Shown here: piece by piece, positions 1 to 7,628 of the stretch
Numbering within the stretch: position 1 is the stretch's first letter
Layout: the number at the start of each line of letters is the position of its first letter
NCBI GenBank assembly: GCA_043803945.1
Contig: JAZDJN010000001.1
Span: 1-10,288, forward strand
DNA length: 10,288 nt
Origin: a bacterium
GTDB lineage: Bacteria; Bacteroidota; Ignavibacteria; UBA10030
Direction of reading: 5' to 3'
Translations under genes and position numbers: made by a program
The notes under the pieces: model-generated
What the model was told of the DNA's origin: nothing
The model's database searches: none
The model's input: the letters and a program-made list of their open reading frames with translations, nothing else

Positions 1-120
<120 letters not shown>

Positions 121-143
121 TGGTTGGACTTTTCGTCCAAGCT
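121..143 (-). repeat. 23-nt hairpin repeat, copy 1 (AGCTTGGACGAAAAGTCCAACCA on the - strand); forms the intron's 3' exon
   Basis: Its reverse complement matches 3365-3387 and 10119-10141 at 22/23 nt each. Internal palindrome TTGGAC-N5-GTCCAA. Confidence 0.9.
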
Positions 144-203
144 TCCAGCGAATTGTAATCACCAGATTCGTGAATGTCAAGTGCCACTCTTGCGAAATTG
201 ATA

Positions 204-232
204 TTGCTCACAAACCTATTTTTTTCTATATT
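204..232 (+). promoter_or_regulatory. Candidate sigma70-type promoter upstream of the tRNA locus
   Basis: TTGCTC (204-209), 17-nt spacer, TATATT (227-232). The same -10 sequence occurs in the alr promoter candidate. Confidence 0.45.
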
Positions 233-293
233 ATAACTGATTCACTCACGTTACGCAAAAACACAAAATAAGACTCTTTGAAAGAAAATCTGG

Positions 294-331
294 CCGCCAA
301 GTGCGCCCCAGACCGCCATGCGGTCTGGCGG
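294..331. repeat. GC-rich palindrome (REP-like) in the tRNA leader
   Basis: Perfect 9-bp stem CCAGACCGC (308-316) / GCGGTCTGG (320-328). Alternative outer pairing CCGCCA (294-299) / TGGCGG (326-331). Confidence 0.55.
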
Positions 332-500
332 GAAGAATTTTATTATTTGATTGTTTTCATAAGAATCTGAACATCTATCACATTTAAATCTTGGTGTTTT
401 GGCGTTCTTGGCTGCAAATCTTTCTCTTTTTCTGATCTTACTCAGTTCCATGCGTAACATAACTAATTCACAGTGCTGAAGTAGCTCAGTGGTAGAGCAG

Positions 501-614
501 TCCCGCAAGCCTGATGCTGCGGTAGCTCAATGGTTGAGCAGTGGTTTCGTAAACCACAGGTTGCCGGTTCAAGTCCGGCCCGCAGCTCAAATAAATCAGA
601 ATCGGCTGGCGGGA
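501..614. mobile_element. 114-nt insert bounded by imperfect inverted repeats and carrying tRNA-Thr(CGT)
   Basis: Left end TCCCGCAAGCCTGAT (501-515) versus the reverse complement of the right end (601-614), TCCCGCCAGCCGAT: one mismatch and one indel. The boundaries coincide with the breaks in the outer tRNA. Mobility is inferred. Confidence 0.55.
516..587 (+). tRNA. tRNA-Thr(CGT), CCA not encoded
   Basis: Complete cloverleaf: acceptor GCTGCGG/CCGCAGC; D-arm GCTC-AATGGTT-GAGC; anticodon stem GTGGT/ACCAC with loop TTCGTAA (CGT at 548-550); T-arm GCCGG-TTCAAGT-CCGGC; discriminator T587. Confidence 0.93.
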
Positions 615-635
615 TAAACCGCCGGTCCTGGGTTC

Positions 636-689
636 TGAGCCAACCTGTCCGCCATGTTTTTGGCGGAAGGCTCATCCACCTCTGGTGGA
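636..689 (+). repeat. 30-nt double-hairpin module with a nested 24-nt hairpin module, inserted in the T-loop of the outer tRNA
   Basis: TGAGCCAA|AGGCTCA-TCCACCTCTGGTGGA, interrupted by CCTGTCCGCCATGTTTTTGGCGGA (644-667). Related copies at 3389-3466 and 10238-10267. Confidence 0.8.
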
Positions 690-837
690 AACTCCCACCT
701 TCGGCTCTATCTTTTACTATTTCATTGATATCCAGGGAATACTCATTATTGTAATATTCGCATGAGTGTTCAAGTAGATGTGAAAGCTATTTTTTCCCTC
801 CCCAGTTTCCCAGAGAAATATCAGTGGTAAGTCATTT

Positions 838-3363
838 ATGAAACTCAACTTTCAATCCCTTCTTCTGATTGCGTACCTTACTTTTGGAACACTTATCGCT
901 CAGGATCGCAAAGGCCAGATCACCGGCCAGGTCATCGATGCGCGGACACAGGAGCCTCTGCCCGGCGTCAATGTTGTCCTGGTCGAAAAAACCAGGATTG
1001 GTGCTGTCACTGATATTCAGGGGAATTTCTCGCTGAAAGAAATTGAAGTGGGGGAATATGCCCTTCGTTTTTCTATCATCGGATATGAATCTGTCATCGT
1101 GACCAACGTTGTAGTCTCTACAGGGCGCAGTGCAAAGGTCAGTATAAAAATGCAAGAGACCACACTCCAGATGGAGGGACAGGAAGTCCGGGCAGATTAT
1201 TTTCAGCGTGCCGGTTCCATGAGCCCGATCAGCACAACCGGACTGGATGCAGCCGAAATACGCCGCTCACCAGGTTCTGTCCAGGATATTCAGCGGATCG
1301 TTCAGAATCTTCCTGGTGTCGGCAACTCAACGGATCAGACAAATGAACTTATCGTCCGCGGCGGTGCACCAAACGAAAACCTGACCGTAATGGACTATCT
1401 CGAAATCCCCTCCACCAACCATTATCCGAATCAATTCAACTCCGGCGGACCGATTAACATGATTAATGCAGATCTCATTCAGGATATTCAGTTTTCAACT
1501 GGTGGGTACCCAGCGAACTATGGAGATAAACTCTCTTCCGTTATGAATGTTGCAGTTCGGGAAGGCGATCGCGATCGACGGATAGCCTCGAACACCAGCA
1601 TGCACTTTGCTGGTGTTGGTGCAGTGCTCGAAGGTGGCATCGCATCAGGCCGAGGTTCATGGATCATTTCAGCGCGACAGAGTTTTCTTGAGGTGTTGGA
1701 TAAACTCGTCGGAGTCAGTTCTCTTGGACTGACCGCAGTCCCCAAGTATTGGGATGCACAGTGGAAGGTGGTCTACGATCTTTCGCCTCAGCATAAATTG
1801 TTGTTCAACGGGCTTCTTGGTGATGACCGGATCCTCATGGTTGGATCTGAGAAAGAACATAATGCAGCAAAGGCCGGCGTACGAGATTCGGTCAATGTGA
1901 ACGATATTGATTTTCACAGCTCACAATACGCTGTTGGAATAACACTGAAAAGCATTCTCGGAACCGTCGGCTATTCCGCTCTCACTCTCTATAGCTGGGG
2001 AAATTTCTGGGATATGGGGATGCGATCTAAATTCTCCTCGCGATCATATGATGCTGAGGGAAACCTTGGATCTGTTCAAACAATTTCAGACCGGACCAGT
2101 TTCTACGAGTATTCCCAGGAACGCTATCTCGGATTGAAATATGAAGCGGTCTATGGAATCACGAAAGCACATAATCTTGCCTTCGGAGCCCAATATCAGA
2201 CTGTGGCTCTGTTTAAAAATGATGTTAAGATCGATCGTGATACTGTTCGTTACAATCTCGATGGGCTCCCGGGATTTGAAATCCCAATGGTCGTGGTGCC
2301 TCCCTGGAATCTTTCCAAATCCATTAGCTTTGCGCGTGACTATAAGCTTGATGCTTATGTAAGCAATACCTGGCAAGTCAGTCCAGTAGTTATAGTCACT
2401 GGAGGGCTTCGCTATGATTATTTCAGTTACTCACGGTGTGCGACATTGAGTCCGCGCTTGAATTGTTCTTATCATCTTTACCCGCCGACCACAAAGTTAA
2501 CAGCCGCTTACGGAGAGTATTATCAAATTCAATCGTTTCCTACATACGGAGATCCACAGGATCTCGAATTTAATCGCTACCTGAAAAACAGTCATGCCCG
2601 GCACCTGGTCTTCGGGATCGAACATATTCTTGCCGAAGGGTTGAAGTTGAGTTTGGAAGGATACCAAAAATCCTACTCCGATCTTCCTGTGCGGCAGGCC
2701 TATATCTATTCCGCGGATCGAACTTTTCGCTCCGATACTGTCCTGAATCTTGGTATTCGTTCGGCGTATGGGATTGAATTCTTCATGCAGCAAAAACAAG
2801 TCACAAACACATACTTTACGCTCAGTTACTCCTGGTCTAAAACTCGGGATAAGGATCCACGAACACCGAAACTTGTTGAGGAGTACCCCTCGGCCTATGA
2901 CTATCCGCACATCTTTACCTTTGTCATCGGTCATCGGGTGAAAGATTTCCGAACCACACTGAACAATCTGCCATTCTACATTAAATATCCATCGTCTATC
3001 CTCCCATTTTCGGATGATATGGAAATCAGTTTGCGCTTCCGATTCCAAAGCGGAAATGTCTATACCCCAAGGGTCTATGTGACTGACGAACAGCACCGCG
3101 TCGGTGGGCGAGCCTGGACTCCGGGATGGTGGAAAGATGGAGTTGCGACAAATTCTGCACGCTACCCCGACTATCACCGGCTCGATATTCAGTGGATAAG
3201 CCGGTACCATCTGGCAGCGTATAATATTGAGGTTGTCTTTGCCATTCAAAACGTTTACAATCGGGCGAATATTTCCATGATGAATTATCGGAGTGATGGA
3301 ACCATTGAGAACGTTTATCAGTTTTCATTTTTCCCGGTGGCTGGTCTCAATGTTGAATTTTAA
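838..3363 (+). CDS. TonB-dependent outer-membrane receptor with N-terminal carboxypeptidase-regulatory-like domain
   Basis: 841-aa ORF with a signal peptide. GQITGQVIDARTQEPLPGVNV is typical of the CarboxypepD_reg-like domain. Plug motifs DIQRIVQNLPGV, LIVRGGAPNEN and GGYPANYGDKLSSV; barrel motifs GLRYDYF and LSPRL; C-terminal Phe (GLNVEF). Substrate unknown. Confidence 0.93.
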   Translation: MKLNFQSLLLIAYLTFGTLIAQDRKGQITGQVIDARTQEPLPGVNVVLVEKTRIGAVTDIQGNFSLKEIEVGEYALRFSIIGYESVIVTNVVVSTGRSAKVSIKMQETTLQMEGQEVRADYFQRAGSMSPISTTGLDAAEIRRSPGSVQDIQRIVQNLPGVGNSTDQTNELIVRGGAPNENLTVMDYLEIPSTNHYPNQFNSGGPINMINADLIQDIQFSTGGYPANYGDKLSSVMNVAVREGDRDRRIASNTSMHFAGVGAVLEGGIASGRGSWIISARQSFLEVLDKLVGVSSLGLTAVPKYWDAQWKVVYDLSPQHKLLFNGLLGDDRILMVGSEKEHNAAKAGVRDSVNVNDIDFHSSQYAVGITLKSILGTVGYSALTLYSWGNFWDMGMRSKFSSRSYDAEGNLGSVQTISDRTSFYEYSQERYLGLKYEAVYGITKAHNLAFGAQYQTVALFKNDVKIDRDTVRYNLDGLPGFEIPMVVVPPWNLSKSISFARDYKLDAYVSNTWQVSPVVIVTGGLRYDYFSYSRCATLSPRLNCSYHLYPPTTKLTAAYGEYYQIQSFPTYGDPQDLEFNRYLKNSHARHLVFGIEHILAEGLKLSLEGYQKSYSDLPVRQAYIYSADRTFRSDTVLNLGIRSAYGIEFFMQQKQVTNTYFTLSYSWSKTRDKDPRTPKLVEEYPSAYDYPHIFTFVIGHRVKDFRTTLNNLPFYIKYPSSILPFSDDMEISLRFRFQSGNVYTPRVYVTDEQHRVGGRAWTPGWWKDGVATNSARYPDYHRLDIQWISRYHLAAYNIEVVFAIQNVYNRANISMMNYRSDGTIENVYQFSFFPVAGLNVEF

Positions 3364-3364
3364 G

Positions 3365-3550
3365 AGCTTGGATGAAAAGTCCAACCACTGCGCCAGCGCG
3401 CACCTGTCCGCCGTCTTTCGTGCATTTTGCGTCCACCATCTTTTTGTCGGATCAGCCTCTGGCTGAGAAGGACACAAAGTATAAAATGAAATTCAATTGA
3501 TTTGAAATTTTATCATTTTTACAGTTCTTCCTTCGTATCCTTTAGTGGTG
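3365..3550 (+). repeat. Composite palindromic element, copy A: 23-nt hairpin, then an inverted-repeat body around an AT-rich spacer, with nested modules in the left arm
   Basis: Hairpin at 3365-3387. Left arm AACCAC|GAAGGACACAAAG is interrupted by 3389-3466. Right arm CTTCGTATCCTTTAGTGG (3531-3548). Homologous to 10119-10273. Confidence 0.8.
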
Positions 3551-3581
3551 AAATTATTTCCTGTACTTTTCAATCGGGTCA

Positions 3582-3687
3582 CTAGCCCGAAGGCGTCCCC
3601 GCCTGCTCTAAAGAATTCATAATGGTGGGCAGGTCGCCGAGGGAAATAACGAAAATATTGTGCTCGGCGGGGACGCCTTCGCACTAG
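3582..3687. repeat. REP/REPIN-like long inverted repeat with an internal hairpin insert
   Basis: Perfect 16-bp inverted repeat CGAAGGCGTCCCCGCC (3588-3603) / GGCGGGGACGCCTTCG (3666-3681), flanked by CTAG at 3582 and 3684. Internal CCTGC...GCAGG hairpin at 3602-3633. Confidence 0.75.
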
Positions 3688-3785
3688 AAAATATTTATTG
3701 GACAACAATGAAGGGGGATTTGTCGATAGAGTGTCAAATTTCAGATTAATTCGTGACTTAGTAGCTGAGAATAAACGGAAGAGTA

Positions 3786-4311
3786 ATGCAACCATCCCTT
3801 TTTGATCTTATCATTGTCGGAGCGGGCCCCTCAGGCCTCGCTTGCGCTATTGAAGCTAAAAAAGCAGGCCTTTCCTGTCTGGTGCTCGATCAGGGTTCCG
3901 TGGTCGACGCAATCCGTAGATTCCCTTTCAATATGACGTTCTTTTCTACCGCTGGGCAACTAGAGGTTGGCAATATTCCTTTCCTCTGTAAAAGAAATCC
4001 ACCCGCACTCAATTATTATCGAGGGCGTGGAAGAGCGTGAATTGTTGAACGATGCCCTCTTCCCAATGATCGGCTACCAGCCGGATCATTCATTATTGGC
4101 AGGTCTCCATGTAGAGATCGACCCCGAGACGTTGATACCAGCTCACGACTCAAAGACAATGGAGACGAATGTGCCAGGATGTTTTCTTGCAGGTTCTATT
4201 GCGGCTGGCAAGTTTAACAATAAAATATTTATTGAGAACGGCAGGCTTCATGAAAAAGAGATCGTGAACCGAATACGTTCTCGATCGCAATCTCCCTCGT
4301 CATTGCATTGA
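3786..4311 (+). pseudogene. ypdA: YpdA-family (putative bacillithiol disulfide reductase, thioredoxin-reductase-like flavoprotein) pseudogene with internal deletion and frameshift
   Basis: First frame: FAD-binding DLIIVGAGPSGLACAIEAKKAG and FPFNMTFFST...LEVGNIPF. Second frame: IGYQPD, TMETNVPGCFLAG and FIENGRLH, the YpdA C-terminus. The two parts total only about 175 codons, and no central NADPH-binding domain is visible. Confidence 0.85.
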
Positions 4312-4336
4312 TTTTAGGGGAGGTTTTTGCTATTTT
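4308..4336 (+). promoter_or_regulatory. Candidate promoter for atpD-atpC
   Basis: TTGATT (4308-4313), 17-nt spacer, TATTTT (4331-4336), with an extended -10 TG at 4328-4329. Confidence 0.4.
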
Positions 4337-4475
4337 TTGCAAGCACAATAACTGATATTACGCATTACAAATTACATTAGCGTCCTTGACGAACTTGGCG
4401 GTTCAGGTTTTCAATCAAGGCTTTCAATCTTTACTCTGCGTAATGTGAATGTGATAAGACATGTAATATTTTTGA

Positions 4476-5900
<1,425 letters not shown>

Positions 5901-5903
5901 GTG

Positions 5904-6320
5904 ATGGCAGACAAAGAGTTTATGATAGAGATCGTCACGCCGAAAAAAATTGTTTTCAGCGGATCGGTTCAGAGTTTCTCCGCTCCGGGGATTATGGGTG
6001 GATTCCAGGTGTTGAAGAGTCATGCACCGTTGCTCTCATCCATCGGCATAGGCGAAGTGAAACTGATAGACGCGGTTGGAAAAGAAATTCACTATGCCAC
6101 GAGCGGCGGTTTTGTGGAAGTGCACGATAATAAAGTGGTTCTTATTGCCGAAACTGCAGAACGATCCGAAGAGATCGATGTAAGCCGGGCACAAGCCGCA
6201 CAACAACGGGCTCAACAACGTCTGAGTATAAAACGTGTCGAAACTGATATCGATCGGGCCCGCATTGCTTTGCACCGGGCACTGAACCGATTAAAAATTG
6301 CCGGTGCTCAGCAGAGTTAA
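5904..6320 (+). CDS. atpC: F0F1 ATP synthase subunit epsilon
   Basis: EIVTP, G.FQVL.SHAPLLS, SGGFVEV and AERSEEIDVSRA motifs; directly follows atpD. Start is ATG 5904 or GTG 5901. Confidence 0.97.
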   Translation: MADKEFMIEIVTPKKIVFSGSVQSFSAPGIMGGFQVLKSHAPLLSSIGIGEVKLIDAVGKEIHYATSGGFVEVHDNKVVLIAETAERSEEIDVSRAQAAQQRAQQRLSIKRVETDIDRARIALHRALNRLKIAGAQQS

Positions 6321-6343
6321 TCCATGGCCCCAAGTTCCATTCC

Positions 6344-6384
6344 GACAAGCTCATTCACCCGATGTGAATGAGCTTGTCTGTTTT
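6344..6384 (+). terminator. Rho-independent terminator of atpD-atpC
   Basis: Perfect 15-bp stem GACAAGCTCATTCAC / GTGAATGAGCTTGTC with a 5-nt loop, followed by TGTTTT. Confidence 0.85.
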
Positions 6385-6425
6385 AGAGGAGAGAGGTGAA
6401 GAATCGATGAGTCGATGCACGATGA

Positions 6426-6454
6426 TTGACATTCAATACCCTAAGCGGTATATT
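6426..6454 (+). promoter_or_regulatory. sigma70-type promoter of the alr operon
   Basis: TTGACA (6426-6431), 17-nt spacer, TATATT (6449-6454), just upstream of alr. Confidence 0.75.
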
Positions 6455-6476
6455 CAAACCGATTTTGAGAACCTAA

Positions 6477-7628
6477 TTGCCACCAACAAGGAGCAGCTCC
6501 GCTTTGCCTAAGATCACGCGTCCGGCTGTAGCGGAAATAGATCTCCGACTCATCGCCGCCAACCTCAAAGCGATTAAGCGTAAGGTTGGCCCTTCCGTTA
6601 AAATTCTCGGTGTGGTAAAAGCAAATGCCTATGGCCATGGTATGGTTGAGGTTTCACGCTTTATCTCGAATGGACTGGTAGACTCACTCGGTGTTGCGAC
6701 GGCCGAAGAGGGAGTGATACTCCGGAATACCGGGCTGCGCAAACCGATCCTTGTCTTTACACTTCCATCGGAGCCGCAGGTCAAAGCAATCGTTCAGCAT
6801 GGACTCGAAGCGACGGTCTGTTCGCCGGTTGAGGCACGTACGCTTCAGCAGGAAGCAGAACGGCGCAGACGGAAGGTGGCTGTGCATCTGAAGATCGAAA
6901 CGGGAATGAACCGGATTGGTATTACGCCATCAGGATTGCCGGTACTGCTGAAATCACTCTCCCATATGAAACGGCTTGAGATTGTGGGTGTTTATACGCA
7001 CTTTGCCCAGGCGGACATCGCAGATAAATCTTATACGCACGAACAACTCTCGCGATTCACAAATGCTCTGGATATTCTCAAGACCCATGGCATTGAACCG
7101 GAGGTTATTCATACAGCAAATAGTGCCGGTATCCTCGACCTCCCTGAATCGCATTTCACGATGGTGCGGCCGGGTATCATGATGTATGGTTACTATCCCT
7201 CGGAGCATGTCTCCCGAAGTGTTCGCGTAAAACCGGCACTTACCCTGAGCTGCAAGGTATCATTTGTGAAAAGAATCGAAGCGGGTGAGACCGTCAGTTA
7301 CGGCCGACTCTTCAAAGCGACAGCGCCAGCATGGATCGCGACACTTCCCATCGGATACGCGGATGGCTACTTCAGGCTCCTCACCGGAAAATCGGCAGTA
7401 CTCATCAAGGGAAAGAAACATCCGGTGGCTGGAAGAATCTGTATGGATCAAATAATGGTTGATTTGGGTGACGTAAAAATCGCTGTGGGGGAAAAGGCAA
7501 TTCTCATTGGCAGCCAGGGAGCGTGCAGGATCGATGCTTCCGATCTTTCTTCCCTGATCGGTACAATTCCTTATGAAATTCTAACCAACATCTCATCACG
7601 TGTTCCACGGACCTATCTACCATCATGA
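6477..7628 (+). CDS. alr: Alanine racemase
   Basis: PLP-lysine motif VVKANAYGHG, plus HLKIETGMNRIG, HTANSAG, VRPGI, VSYG, IGYADG, GRICMDQ and GTIPYEI. The TTG start is uncertain. Confidence 0.98.
   Translation: MPPTRSSSALPKITRPAVAEIDLRLIAANLKAIKRKVGPSVKILGVVKANAYGHGMVEVSRFISNGLVDSLGVATAEEGVILRNTGLRKPILVFTLPSEPQVKAIVQHGLEATVCSPVEARTLQQEAERRRRKVAVHLKIETGMNRIGITPSGLPVLLKSLSHMKRLEIVGVYTHFAQADIADKSYTHEQLSRFTNALDILKTHGIEPEVIHTANSAGILDLPESHFTMVRPGIMMYGYYPSEHVSRSVRVKPALTLSCKVSFVKRIEAGETVSYGRLFKATAPAWIATLPIGYADGYFRLLTGKSAVLIKGKKHPVAGRICMDQIMVDLGDVKIAVGEKAILIGSQGACRIDASDLSSLIGTIPYEILTNISSRVPRTYLPS

Larger units (their letters stand above)
475..706 (+). pseudogene. Disrupted tRNA-Thr-like gene in three pieces (475-500, 615-635, 690-706)
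   Basis: Acceptor strand GCTGAAG (475-481) pairs with CTTCGGC (699-705; one G-U pair). D-arm GCTC-AGTGGTA-GAGC (484-498). TAA-ACCGC (615-622) is the 3' side of the anticodon loop and stem, followed by variable loop CGGTC. The T-arm CTGGG-TTC|AACT-CCCAC is restored when 636-689 is removed (one C-C mismatch). About 8 nt of the anticodon arm are missing, so Thr identity is inferred from similarity to the inner tRNA. Confidence 0.8.

Noticed and set aside
475-500. tRNA 5' fragment read as an attL/attR scar of a genomic island
   Set aside because: Its matching 3' parts are present at 615-635 and 690-706, it differs from the inner tRNA, and no integrase is nearby.
463-754. Short ORFs 463-675 (-) and 530-754 (+)
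   Set aside because: They overlap the tRNA and the palindromic inserts and show no protein-like features.
2497-3249. 250-aa antisense ORF, and other short antisense or alternate-frame ORFs inside genes
   Set aside because: These are shadows of well-supported + strand genes and carry no recognisable motifs.
3967-4040. Programmed frameshift in the ypdA-like gene
   Set aside because: Even when the frames are joined, the product lacks the central NADPH-binding domain, so a pseudogene is more parsimonious.
4384-4420. Weak hairpin (CCTTGA/TCAAGG) in the atpD leader as a possible cis-regulatory RNA
   Set aside because: The stems are short and no riboswitch motif is recognisable, so it cannot be supported.
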